A DNA stretch of 64,000 nucleotides from an uncultured cyanobacterium (GCA_963793265.1 CAWBZI010000002.1:64001-128000), one strand, 5' to 3'; counted from the first letter of the stretch, positions 1 through 9,133 are shown. The notes: generated by a model not told the origin, from the sequence alone. Numbers and translations are program-made.

Positions 1-897
1 CACATCATTGCCTACAGGATCGCCATCTGGTGTTGTCTGGCCGCTAGCGCTTGGAAAGGGAAAGAGCAGTCCCCGATTGTCTACGCTGACTACATCTCGC
101 AGCGTCATGCCTTCGATAGTTTGTACCGCCAATGACTGGGGGACAGCCGCGATCTGTGCTTGGCCTGCTTTAGCTGCTGCAAAAGCGCTATCGTCATCTA
201 CAAACAGAAACACCAGTCTTTGAATACCTGGCGTTTCGCCATAGTAATTCGGATTAGCTTCTACAATTAACTGCTGGCCTTCGTCCCACTGCACCATTTG
301 GTAAGGGCCAGAGCCGATCGGATTGCGAGCATAGTCTTCTCCATGCGCATGTTCTGGCACAATTCCCAGCGTAATCAATCGGTTTACAAAGGTACTTTGA
401 GGCTGTTTTAGCGTCAGCTCCACTGTCTTATCGTCTACAGCTATTGCTTGCTCTAGCTGTGTAACATCAGTGAGTCCGCCGCTTTGAGCAGCCTGGTTAA
501 AGGTATAGGCAACATCTGTTGCCGTTACGGGTTCTCCATCGGAAAAGAGAGCATCTTCTCGCAGGGTCACTGTCCAAGTTTTACCGTCTTCGCTAACGGT
601 GTAATCAGTTGCTAAGTCGTTGATAATGTTTAGATTTTCATCACGCTTCAATAAAGTGCTTTGAAACAGCGCAGACCCATAGCGACCCCAGCCCGAGGTT
701 GGATCGTAGCCTTCCTCACTTTCTCCACCAATTGCCAACACGATTTGCTCGGCAGAACCCAATGGCGATGAATCTTGAGAATTGGTGCTGTCACCCGTAC
801 GCGTCGTTGTTGTCGTAGCGGTGCAGCTTGCAATGGCCCAGCTAGCTAGTAAAACGCTCAATCCTTCGACCAGACGCTTTCGTTTGAGTCTGTGCAT
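1..897 (-). CDS. ABC transporter substrate-binding lipoprotein, family 5 (NikA/DppA/OppA-like); runs off the window edge
   Basis: Missing from the ORF track because its stop lies outside the window. Manual translation from ATG at 897 gives MHRLKRKRLVEGLSVLLASWAIASC (lipobox)...DLATDYTVSEDGKTWTVTLREDALFSDGEPVTATDVAYTF...PIGSGPY, the SBP_bac_5 signature motifs. The frame is open to base 1. Confidence 0.9.
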   Translation of the reverse strand, partial: MHRLKRKRLVEGLSVLLASWAIASCTATTTTTRTGDSTNSQDSSPLGSAEQIVLAIGGESEEGYDPTSGWGRYGSALFQSTLLKRDENLNIINDLATDYTVSEDGKTWTVTLREDALFSDGEPVTATDVAYTFNQAAQSGGLTDVTQLEQAIAVDDKTVELTLKQPQSTFVNRLITLGIVPEHAHGEDYARNPIGSGPYQMVQWDEGQQLIVEANPNYYGETPGIQRLVFLFVDDDSAFAAAKAGQAQIAAVPQSLAVQTIEGMTLRDVVSVDNRGLLFPFPSASGQTTPDGDPVGNDV

Positions 898-970
898 ATT
901 AACAGTTAGAACCTATAAGTATGATTAACGCTTAGCCAAAACTAAGCCTATCGCCTTCAATCACTCGCAG

Positions 971-990
971 CAATCCGGGGGAGGGGGATA
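971..990. promoter_or_regulatory. Putative CsoR/RcnR/InrS-type operator (G-tract flanked by ATCC/GGAT)
   Basis: CAATCCGGGGGAGGGGGATA lies about 75 bp upstream of the NikA-like gene. It is 18/20 identical to the reverse complement of 35451-35470, which lies upstream of the cbiM-like gene. Confidence 0.6.
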
Positions 991-1020
991 CGTATCAAGC
1001 CACCCACTAGATTAAAAAAA

Positions 1021-1074
1021 TAAGGATACTTAGAAGCCGATAGAGAACTATCTTGCGGCTCTAAATATCCTTTA
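1021..1074 (-). terminator. Long imperfect hairpin downstream of the USP remnant
   Basis: TAAGGATACTTAGAAGCCG...CGGCTCTAAATATCCTTTA inverted repeat. The A-run at 1014-1020 gives a U-tract on the minus strand. Confidence 0.45.
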
Positions 1075-1094
1075 AGAAAAGTGCTAGCTAATCT

Positions 1095-1166
1095 CTACAC
1101 AGCAACAGCTTCTGAACGATCTGTCCTGGAAGCCGACGGCTGATATGCCTTAGGATGAACAACCGT
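1095..1166 (-). pseudogene. 3' remnant of a universal stress protein gene
   Basis: Translates TVVHPKAYQPSASRTDRSEAVAV*, matching the C-terminus TVVHPKANDRESSRTNLSEVVAV* of the intact USP at 34363-34878. Confidence 0.7.
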
Positions 1167-1199
1167 GTACTAGCGCTATAAGAACCCAGATGTATACAT

Positions 1200-1770
1200 G
1201 TATTGAATTTTGTATAAGCGATCTAGAATCCAATCAACTCACAGGACAATCGCACAATGGCCCGAAAGAAAAAAGAACCGAACCGCGTCGATGATCTGCT
1301 TGACGAACTGCTAGAAGACTGCCATAGCCCAGAGGATATCTTGGGCGAAGGTGGGCTGATGAAGCAGCTCAAGAAGCGCTTGGTCGAACGCGCACTGGCT
1401 GGAGAAGTCAACAGACAGAAAGGCCGTTTGCGCTGACCTCAAACCCATCTACCAAGCGGCAACGCTGGCAGAGTCAGAAGCTGCCTTGGATGCGTTTGCT
1501 GAAAAGTGGGACGAGACTTATCCAGCGGTCTCTCAGGTCTAGATTCGCAACTGGGAGAACGTTATCCCGATATTCGACTACCCGATGGAGATTCGTCGTG
1601 TGATCTACACCACGAACATTAAAAATTGCGGTGCGACCCCGCGTCGCTTTGCGGCGCTAGGGAACGCGCACCAAGACAGACGTGCAGCATTGTCACATTT
1701 TGCTATCCTGTTCCCAGAACGCTTTTCCGCTTAAGTTAAAAGCGCTTACACAAAAATTAGATCGCTCTCC
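1200..1770 (+). mobile_element. Degenerate IS256-family element (internally deleted transposase)
   Basis: MARKKKEPNRVDDLLDELL...GEGGLMKQLKKRLVERAL (N-terminus) joins DLKPIYQAATL...KWDETYP..*IRNWENVIPIFDYPMEIRRVIYTTN and then AALSHFAILFPERF*. It has an internal stop and deletions. Imperfect ends are AATTTTGTATAAGCG and CGCTTACACAAAAATT. Confidence 0.85.
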
Positions 1771-2002
1771 TGCTCTTGTCCGGTCAGCCTACAGTCACAA
1801 TCAACGCGCAAAACGATTCATCCTGTGCCCTTTTCGTTATTTACTTTTGCTGTCGTTGCTGGTTTAGCGATCACCATCCTACCCCTTATGCAGTCTGTCG
1901 GTATCTCACGCTCAGCCTGGTCATTGCTGTTTTGTCGATAAAGCGAGAGTAATCCCAGTAAGAGATATGTGAATATACAGCAGGCTCGTCGTCGAAAGAA
2001 TA

Positions 2003-2677
2003 TTAAGTTGCAAGAAACACACCGCCCGCGCCGCAGGCAATCAGTCCGGCGGCGCGAACCCAAGCTAGCTTTTTAATTGAGGTTGACCGTTCGCGAGCTA
2101 TCCAAAAGGCACCAGCCATGATAGCCCCTTGCGCGGCGGTAAAGCCGATTAGATAAGAGAACAGTGGCGTCATTTCAGCGCCGACAATGGCCTCGCCGTA
2201 AGCATAGCCATGAAATACGCCAGTTGCTGCGCTGAGTAAAACAGCAGTGCCCGCAGTCAGCTTCCTGCTGTAAGCGGTCAAGATGCCAATAAGAACAACC
2301 GATAGAGAGATGAAAAATTCAGATGCGGGCAGATTTAATCCTATGAGGTGAAGACCCGCGCCTACCAGGCTAGTAGCCAAGAAAGCAGCAGGAACTGTCC
2401 AGCCCAGTTTAACTCTGGTAGCTAAAAGACCAGTGACGATTATAAAAACAAGATGATCTATGCCAATAACCGGATGGCCTACGCCCGAGAGAAAGCCTTG
2501 CCCCCACGTGCTGGGTGTGGTGCCGCCGAATGGATGATGGGCTAAGGCGGGCGCGGCTAGTGAGAGTGTTAAAATGCTGGTAACAAGAGGAATCGCAATC
2601 CGTATTCTCTGATTGCAAGCGCTGTCGATCTTCAGCGAAGAGAACGTCATCATGGCTGGAGCATTTCTTGTTTTCAT
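2003..2677 (-). CDS. HupE/UreJ-family Ni/Co permease
   Basis: Signal peptide ending ALAH, GFLSGVGHPVIGIDHL motif, GVFHGYAYG motif and multiple TM helices. Confidence 0.9.
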   Translation of the reverse strand: MKTRNAPAMMTFSSLKIDSACNQRIRIAIPLVTSILTLSLAAPALAHHPFGGTTPSTWGQGFLSGVGHPVIGIDHLVFIIVTGLLATRVKLGWTVPAAFLATSLVGAGLHLIGLNLPASEFFISLSVVLIGILTAYSRKLTAGTAVLLSAATGVFHGYAYGEAIVGAEMTPLFSYLIGFTAAQGAIMAGAFWIARERSTSIKKLAWVRAAGLIACGAGGVFLAT

Positions 2678-2722
2678 GGCTTTAGATGGTTTCTAAATAC
2701 TGTTGGTTTTGAGCCTGTGCTG

Positions 2723-3079
2723 CTACGCGGCGGCTGATTTGCAGTCCAGAATCTGAGCAAGCTGCGTTTCTAACTCGCCCGATTCGATCACGCCGGAGGC
2801 GACGACAATTCTCTCTAAAGCCGTTAGCCAGCACTGATAATAGTCCCATTCCGGGTCATTTAATTCGTGCGTATCTTCCCACTCTTTGATAGTGGCCATT
2901 AGAGTTTGGCGAAAGTCTTCCCATTCGTAATAGCCTTGTTTAGAGAGCGAGATCGCCACTCCAAAGGCCATTTTTTCCCACGCTCTGTCAAACTGCAAGT
3001 GACCGTCCTGACGCGGCGGCGCTTCTTCAGGTGAGCCCATCAAGCTAGTTGCGGCAAAGTGCTCGAACTTAGTAAACAT
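2723..3079 (-). CDS. Nitrile hydratase accessory/activator protein (P14K/NhlE-like)
   Basis: PPRQDGHLQFDRAWE...WEDFRQTL...YYQCWLTALE motifs; directly downstream of the NHase alpha gene. Confidence 0.9.
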   Translation of the reverse strand: MFTKFEHFAATSLMGSPEEAPPRQDGHLQFDRAWEKMAFGVAISLSKQGYYEWEDFRQTLMATIKEWEDTHELNDPEWDYYQCWLTALERIVVASGVIESGELETQLAQILDCKSAAA

Positions 3080-3108
3080 ATTCTTAAAAAAACCTACTTC
3101 AGGATGTC

Positions 3109-3735
3109 CTATACTTTTACGACAGCTACGCCCATCATGGCCTCGGGCGTTATCAGCGCTGCTAAGTCTGCTTCACTCATGCCATCTGTTCCTTCTGGGC
3201 GCATCGGCAGCACCCACCAGCGAATCTGAGCGCTGGTATCCCAAATCCGAATTTCAACAGAATCGTCTAGCTTTACGCCAAATTCCGAGAGCACCACGCG
3301 CGGTTCTCTGGCAACCCGCGCCCTAAACGTCGGATCTTTAAACCAGTAGGGTGGCAGTCCTAGCGTAGGCCAAGGGTAGCAAGAACACAGGGTACATACA
3401 ATTACGTTGTGCACCGCTGGCGTGTTTTCAGCAATCCGCATGTGCTCGCCTTCTGCCCCTGACATGCCGTTTGGAAAGCCCAATTCCTCGCAGGCCGCAT
3501 TGCAGTCGGCAAGCAAACGCGCCTTAAAATCAGGATCTACCCAGGCTTTAGCGACGAGCTTAGCACCGTTAAATGGCCCCATTTTGGTTTCAAAGTGGCT
3601 CAGCACGGTGTCAACCGTCTTGCCTGTAAGAATGCCTTTTTCAATTAGCAAAGACTCTAGAGCTTTTACCTTTGCCTCGCTGGTTTTCTCGCGGTCTGCT
3701 GCTGGATACTTAAATCCAGGATAGTTACTGGGCAT
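3109..3735 (-). CDS. nthA: Cobalt-type nitrile hydratase alpha subunit
   Basis: Metal site VCTLCSCYPWP (Thr indicates Co-type), GAKLVAKAWVDPDFKARLL and REPRVVLSEFG. Confidence 0.95.
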   Translation of the reverse strand: MPSNYPGFKYPAADREKTSEAKVKALESLLIEKGILTGKTVDTVLSHFETKMGPFNGAKLVAKAWVDPDFKARLLADCNAACEELGFPNGMSGAEGEHMRIAENTPAVHNVIVCTLCSCYPWPTLGLPPYWFKDPTFRARVAREPRVVLSEFGVKLDDSVEIRIWDTSAQIRWWVLPMRPEGTDGMSEADLAALITPEAMMGVAVVKV

Positions 3736-3748
3736 AAGATTCTCTCTC

Positions 3749-4483
3749 CTAAAGCGCTTCTATGTACACTTCAAAAATGTCGTTGTAATAGACCATGTTC
3801 GAATCGGTCACTGTTTCCTCCCAAATATCTGTCGCCTTAATTGCGACGCTGTAAACGGGCATTGGCTCGCCCAAGCCATCTGTTGTGGGAAAAAAGTACG
3901 TGAATGCACCGTCGTATACTTTGACAATTTCGGCAACTTTGCCTCTGATGTGTCCGGGCAATCGGGTGTGTTCGCCTGAAGCGACGTTTTTGATTCTGAC
4001 GCGATCGCCTACTCCAAACTTAGGCTCACTATCCAAAGGCCGCTGCGGCGAATCCCCTTTCTCTAGGTACTTCACAATCTGCTCGTCGATAGCGCTCGCT
4101 TCTTTGTCTACTTGAACCTCGCTGCCCGAGAGATACGCCGCAGTCCTCTCATCTAGCTCAGCCTGCGTCATATAGCCTTCTCCGACAAAAAAGCCAGAAA
4201 TACCGCCCAGCCACTTTTCATAGTAGCGCAGCCGAAAGTACTCAAAAGGGTGCATTCCCTCAGCGCCCATGCGCAAGTGCCCCCAAGTCCAGAAGCTTTT
4301 GAACTCAGTAGGCACCTCATCAATTTTGTAGTCAGGAATGGAGTTGTCGAGATGGTTGCTGAGCGCCATCATCGCCGTATGAATGCCGAAAATGCGCTCT
4401 TCCCAAGGCTCAACAAACACTCTAGTTTCAAAGTTAACAGGATCGAGATTTTCTATACCCCCGATGTTGTGCTGTATTTTCAT
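3749..4483 (-). CDS. nthB: Nitrile hydratase beta subunit (divergent)
   Basis: FVEPWEERIF, YYEKWL and FGVGDRVRI...HTRLPGHIRGK (SH3-like C-domain). The N-terminus QHNIGG replaces the usual xHDxGG. Confidence 0.9.
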   Translation of the reverse strand: MKIQHNIGGIENLDPVNFETRVFVEPWEERIFGIHTAMMALSNHLDNSIPDYKIDEVPTEFKSFWTWGHLRMGAEGMHPFEYFRLRYYEKWLGGISGFFVGEGYMTQAELDERTAAYLSGSEVQVDKEASAIDEQIVKYLEKGDSPQRPLDSEPKFGVGDRVRIKNVASGEHTRLPGHIRGKVAEIVKVYDGAFTYFFPTTDGLGEPMPVYSVAIKATDIWEETVTDSNMVYYNDIFEVYIEAL

Positions 4484-4519
4484 AGTTCTTTTGGTATTGA
4501 AAGAGAGAATTGATTTTTT

Positions 4520-4549
4520 GTAGGGTGCATAGCAGTGCTATGCCCCTAC
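4520..4549. repeat. Solo GTAG-type REP palindrome
   Basis: GTAGGGTGCATAGCAGTGCTATGCCCCTAC; same core as the REPs inside the 162-bp MITE. Confidence 0.75.
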
Positions 4550-4592
4550 TCCGATATATTCTAGGTAAGGTTGTTCATTGTTGTTAGAATCT

Positions 4593-5573
4593 CTAAGCGT
4601 ATTCCAAAGCCTTTGCAAAGCAGCTCTGGAAACCTCTACGTAGCTCTGTTTCATCCAGATTTCGGCCAATAAATATCAGCTCATTCTGCCGAGCCTCACC
4701 TACTTTCCAAGGTTTTCCAGGCCGACCGTCTAGGGTCATATGCACCCCTTGAAACACAAATCGCCGGGGTTCATTGTCAGCATCTACGATGCCTTTCATT
4801 CGGAATATATCAGCGCCTTTTGCCTGCACTAGCTGGTAGAGCCAGCGGTTGAGCCGATCGCTATCTACCGAGCCCGCTTCTGTGATGGCAACAGAATGAA
4901 TAGTGCTGTCGTGGTCGTGCGCGTCTTCGTTGAGCAGCTCTGGATCGATGCTAAGCGCCTGCTGTAGATCGAAGGCTCCAACGCCGAGGATCTTATCTAA
5001 CGCAATGTTGCAGTTTTGCGTAGGGTGAATGGTAGAGATCGCATTCAGTCCTCTTACTTTCAAAGCCAGCGCCGCCAGCCGATCCGAGGAAATTAAATCT
5101 ATCTTGTTTAACAAAACAACATCGGCAAAAGCAATCTGCTCCTGCGCCTCACTGCTTCCCCAATGCGCGTCAATGTATTTAGCATCTATCACCGTAACCA
5201 CCGCATCTAGCTGCGTTTGCTTGGCCATTACCTCATCGACAAAAAATGACTGAATCACCGGAGCCGGATCGGCGAGGCCCGTCGTTTCAATCACGAGATG
5301 ATCGAAGCGATCGCCTCTGGCTATTAAATCGCTAATAATCCGAATCAGATCGCCCCTCACGGTACAGCAAATGCAGCCATTGTTCATTTCAAAAATCTCT
5401 TCATCGGCATCAATCACCAGTTGATGGTCGATGCCTACTTCTCCAAATTCATTGACAATCACCGCAATCTTTTTACCGTGTTCTTCAGTTAAGATGCGAT
5501 TTAATAGTGTTGTTTTGCCTGCTCCTAAGTATCCGGTGAGCACTGTAACCGGAATCTTTTGAGTCAATGCCAT
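4593..5573 (-). CDS. COG0523/CobW-family metallochaperone GTPase
   Basis: GYLGAGKT P-loop, NEFGE, GCICC metal motif, [13 protein letters not shown] and a CobW_C domain. Confidence 0.95.
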   Translation of the reverse strand: MALTQKIPVTVLTGYLGAGKTTLLNRILTEEHGKKIAVIVNEFGEVGIDHQLVIDADEEIFEMNNGCICCTVRGDLIRIISDLIARGDRFDHLVIETTGLADPAPVIQSFFVDEVMAKQTQLDAVVTVIDAKYIDAHWGSSEAQEQIAFADVVLLNKIDLISSDRLAALALKVRGLNAISTIHPTQNCNIALDKILGVGAFDLQQALSIDPELLNEDAHDHDSTIHSVAITEAGSVDSDRLNRWLYQLVQAKGADIFRMKGIVDADNEPRRFVFQGVHMTLDGRPGKPWKVGEARQNELIFIGRNLDETELRRGFQSCFAKALEYA

Positions 5574-5628
5574 AGTAATACCCTTCTTTATTCGTAACAG
5601 ATTTTAAAGCGACAGTTTATAGCCCCTG

Positions 5629-6138
5629 TTAAACGCCGGGCGAAACTGACGTAGTGGTCATGGCCTTTCCCCAGGCTTCTGAGAGGTAGCCAAAAATAGC
5701 GCCCAGGATCATAGCTGCGATCGCAATCAAAATAGGATTATTCGGCAGCGCTGCGGTCACCGGCAAACCCGTCACCGCGACCGTTCCAACCGTCTGCGAA
5801 AACCCCCACACAATTGCAGGCGTAATACCATGAGTGAAAGGCAGCTTTGAGGCCTGAACCATCGCTGCGCTGCCGATGCCAACGCAAATAGCTGCAACTA
5901 TCGGACTGCTGCCAATTAAATCTATTGCCAGTAAAGATAGCGCGGCGATGACGATGCCTGTAATATTGCAGGCAACCGACTTGACGAAGCCTCGCTTACC
6001 CCCACCCACAACAAAGAAAGAAGCCCAAGCGGTAAACGTCACCCAGACCGGGACAAGAATAACGGTGGCCGTTAGCAAAACATCGACGCCACCTAGCACA
6101 CCAATACTAACGGTTAGAGCCTCAGATTGTTTCATCAC
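5629..6138 (-). CDS. DUF1097 (YcdZ-like) membrane protein
   Basis: Hydrophobic, about 5-6 TM; WVTFTAWASFF..GGG and GAIFGYLSE motifs; first gene of the NHase operon. Confidence 0.75.
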   Translation of the reverse strand: MMKQSEALTVSIGVLGGVDVLLTATVILVPVWVTFTAWASFFVVGGGKRGFVKSVACNITGIVIAALSLLAIDLIGSSPIVAAICVGIGSAAMVQASKLPFTHGITPAIVWGFSQTVGTVAVTGLPVTAALPNNPILIAIAAMILGAIFGYLSEAWGKAMTTTSVSPGV

Positions 6139-6394
6139 ACAGTTCCTTTTGTAGTTCCCTTTAATAGTCTCTTCGGAATTTTACTGGAAAGTTTTGCCTG
6201 AGAATAAAGACTTTCCTTACTGTTATGCACGACTTTATCACTCTTTCAAACAGAAAACAGTCTCTTTCAACACATTCTGTTTACTCAAGCCGTTACTCGG
6301 CTAGGGTTCAATACTATCTCTACAAAGTCCGATAAAAGAAATATATGAGTCAAATTAAAATCGCTATCTGTGAAACCACCTTAAGATAGATATC

Positions 6395-6410
6395 TGTATA
6401 TCTACTTACA
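6395..6410. promoter_or_regulatory. NtcA-binding site
   Basis: TGTA-TATCTACT-TACA is a perfect GTA-N8-TAC box, 58 bp upstream of the ATG at 6468, in the divergent NHase/ABC intergenic region. Confidence 0.7.
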
Positions 6411-6467
6411 GTTACAGCGTGGGTGGCGTGGATTAAATAGGGCAAATCGAAAGGAGTTCTCTCAGTT

Positions 6468-8069
6468 ATGAAACCAATTGTGATATCGCGTTATTCCTGG
6501 CTAAGAAGAGTTTCTATTGCCTGCGCGCTAACGCTTTCTACTACATTTGTTGCCAGTTGCTCTGGGCCGTCTTCAGTCTCAGAAGTCAGTACGACATCGG
6601 GCGAGACTGCTAGCGCTGAGTCTTTAGATGGCGAAACTATTCGTATCTCTATCGGAACTCAAGACCAAGTTATCAATACCGCTGTAGGCGGTGCCACTGT
6701 TAGAGAGTTAGATTTGTTAGAAAAGTATCTGCCTACAACCGGCAAATATGAGGGCGTGAAGTACGATATTGAGTGGTCTAGCTATACGTCCGGGCCACCT
6801 ATTACTAATAAAATGCTGGCCAACCAGATTGATATTGGCTTGATGGGAGACTTTCCTGCCGTTATCAATCTAATCAAGTTTCAAGAGGAAGTAGAAGGCG
6901 TCACCTCAACTTTTATTGGCACGCTAGCCTACAGTCCTAACGGTGCTGGGAACGCGGTAGTCGTTCCGAAAGATAGCGAAGTCACTTCTTTAGCCGATTT
7001 GAAAGGGGGGGCGGTATCAGTTCCCTTTGGTTCTGCCGCGCACGGCATGGTGCTAAAGGCGCTTACTGACGCAGGGATTGATCCAGAAACCGATGTAGAG
7101 CTAATTAGCCAAGCCCCAGAAGTAGGCGGCACTAGCCTTCGCACGGGGCAAATCGATGCCCATGCCGATTTTGTTCCCTTTGGCGAACTATTTCCATATA
7201 GAGGCTTTGCTAAAAAGATTTTTGACGGTGCACAAACTGGCGTGCCTACTCTACACGGAATTGTTGTTCGCTCCGACTTTAGCGAGAAATATCCAGAGAT
7301 TGTAGAAGCTTATCTCCAGGCGATGCTTGAAGCCAATCAGATGTTTCGAGATAATCCAGAAGAGATCTCTGCCCAAATTGAGGAGTGGTCTGGGATTGAG
7401 AAAGAAGTGGTGTACATGTTTTTAGGCCCTTCTGGTTTGCAGCCAATTAACCCTAGCATTGAGGAGGTTCAACTGTCGGCTCTAAAAAACAGTATTGCTA
7501 CGCTTATTAGCCTTGGGAAAATTGAATCGCCTGTCGATCCAGAGGATGTTACAGGATGGGTAGATGACGGCTTCTTAAAAGCTGCGATGGAAAACTCGGG
7601 GTTAGACTACGATGCAGTCATTGAAGAAGGTGAAAGCTATTTCATTACCGGACAAGATGCGCTGACAGGAGATGACATTGCAGAACCCAAGATGGCCGCT
7701 CAGCTATGGATTCAAGAAGAACCTACGGTGAGTAATTTTGCCTCTGTCCCTAACATGGTGACAAAGCTGAATGAGCTACAGGATGAGGGCAAAGCCGCCG
7801 ACGTGATTTTTGTACATGATCGTAACAAAGGATGGAAGCTGTTTGCGGAAAACGCTTACTATGTCACCAGCGGCGATGAGGTTTCTGCCTTTTTGCTAGA
7901 AGCTGACGCTACCGCGTTTGCATCTGAGTCTGGCGGGCAAGTTGTCTCTTTTAAGGATTTGCTCAAAACATACTCTGTTAGCGGCCCTCAGCCATCGCGC
8001 GTTAGTCGCATTACAGCAGATAACTTGCGACAGGCACTAAAGAAGGTCGTTCCTGCGCTGGCAGGATAG
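6468..8069 (+). CDS. SsuA/TauA/NMT1-type ABC substrate-binding lipoprotein with a C-terminal NosL-like extension
   Basis: Lipobox VASC; YTSGPP, IDIGLMGDFP, SLADLKG and PFGSAAH motifs; about 130 extra C-terminal residues. Confidence 0.85.
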   Translation: MKPIVISRYSWLRRVSIACALTLSTTFVASCSGPSSVSEVSTTSGETASAESLDGETIRISIGTQDQVINTAVGGATVRELDLLEKYLPTTGKYEGVKYDIEWSSYTSGPPITNKMLANQIDIGLMGDFPAVINLIKFQEEVEGVTSTFIGTLAYSPNGAGNAVVVPKDSEVTSLADLKGGAVSVPFGSAAHGMVLKALTDAGIDPETDVELISQAPEVGGTSLRTGQIDAHADFVPFGELFPYRGFAKKIFDGAQTGVPTLHGIVVRSDFSEKYPEIVEAYLQAMLEANQMFRDNPEEISAQIEEWSGIEKEVVYMFLGPSGLQPINPSIEEVQLSALKNSIATLISLGKIESPVDPEDVTGWVDDGFLKAAMENSGLDYDAVIEEGESYFITGQDALTGDDIAEPKMAAQLWIQEEPTVSNFASVPNMVTKLNELQDEGKAADVIFVHDRNKGWKLFAENAYYVTSGDEVSAFLLEADATAFASESGGQVVSFKDLLKTYSVSGPQPSRVSRITADNLRQALKKVVPALAG

Positions 8070-8248
8070 ATAGAAGAGATCTTGTTTGATACGCTTTGAT
8101 GAATACTTTTGCTACTTAGTCAGCACAACCTATCAAGCTTTTCTATTCGAGCCACAAAGCAATCTAAACTTAAGGACTGCTGTTTGAATAGATAAGCGCT
8201 TCGCACTTTTCCACCTTTTCCACGGATTCTTTTTCAAAGGTTTCTTCA

Positions 8249-9133
8249 ATGACAAACATCATCCCTACCAGCGGCGATGGCGAAATTACTCCCGTAGACT
8301 ATCGCGCGACTACCCAAAAACCCTCTAGGCTACTTCGCTTTCTACCAGCCAACTTATCTTCAAACCGCCCTGCCATGCGGCTATTGTCATTGGTTCTCTT
8401 TTTTGGCATCTGGCAATTTTTGTGCGTTATTGGCTTCGATTTCTTTATAAACTTTCAGCTAGTTCCCTCTCCAATGGAAGTTTCTAAAGCTACAGTTGAT
8501 TTTTTTCTAGACGCTCCGGGCGTACACATTCGCTCTAGTATTGTTCGGGTGCTAGCAGGTTTTGTCTTTGCCTCGGCCTTTGGTATTGTGATGGGAATGT
8601 TTATCGGCTGGTTTCAGCTAGCTGAAGACCTGATGATGCCTTGGCTAGAGCTGCTAAGACCGATTCCAGCAGTCGCGTGGATTCCGCTGGCAATTTTAAT
8701 CTTTCCAACTGCTGAAACGGGGATGATTTATATCACTTTTATCGGCGCGTTTTTTCCAGTTTTAATTAGCACCATTCGCGCGGTTGAAAACATCCTGCAT
8801 GACGTTGTGTTAATTCGCGTAGGCCAGTGCTTAGGTGCTAAACAATGGCATATATTTAAAGACATCGTGATACCGGGTTCGTTACCAGGTATTGCAGGCG
8901 GCTTAACTATTGGCATGGGAAATGCCTGGTTTTGCCTAGTTACCGCTGAGATTTTGGCAGGGCGATATGGCGTGGGCTACATCACTTGGGAGTCGTATGT
9001 AACCTCTAACTATCCGCCGATTGTGATGGGCATGTTATTGATTGGTCTGATGGGCGCGTTTAGCGCATGGGCAGTTGAGCGCGGAATGCAGGCCCTGATG
9101 CCTTGGCGAGTGATTAAAAAACAGAATGCGTAG
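8249..9133 (+). CDS. SsuC/TauC/NrtB-type ABC permease
   Basis: ELLRPIPAVAWIPLAI, EAA-like loop (GQCLGAKQW..FKDIVIP) and WFCLVTAEI. Confidence 0.92.
   Translation: MTNIIPTSGDGEITPVDYRATTQKPSRLLRFLPANLSSNRPAMRLLSLVLFFGIWQFLCVIGFDFFINFQLVPSPMEVSKATVDFFLDAPGVHIRSSIVRVLAGFVFASAFGIVMGMFIGWFQLAEDLMMPWLELLRPIPAVAWIPLAILIFPTAETGMIYITFIGAFFPVLISTIRAVENILHDVVLIRVGQCLGAKQWHIFKDIVIPGSLPGIAGGLTIGMGNAWFCLVTAEILAGRYGVGYITWESYVTSNYPPIVMGMLLIGLMGAFSAWAVERGMQALMPWRVIKKQNA

Noticed and set aside
3109..4483. Calling the enzyme thiocyanate hydrolase (scnABC)
   Set aside because: Two-subunit NHase layout, Trp rather than Arg after CSCYP, and no Arg-Arg pair in the beta active-site helix.
6200..6370. LysR T-N11-A boxes here and at 12340-12480 (e.g. 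TTATCA-N8-TGATAA)
   Set aside because: Plausible but AT-rich and not consistently spaced between the two promoters; no specific site can be called.
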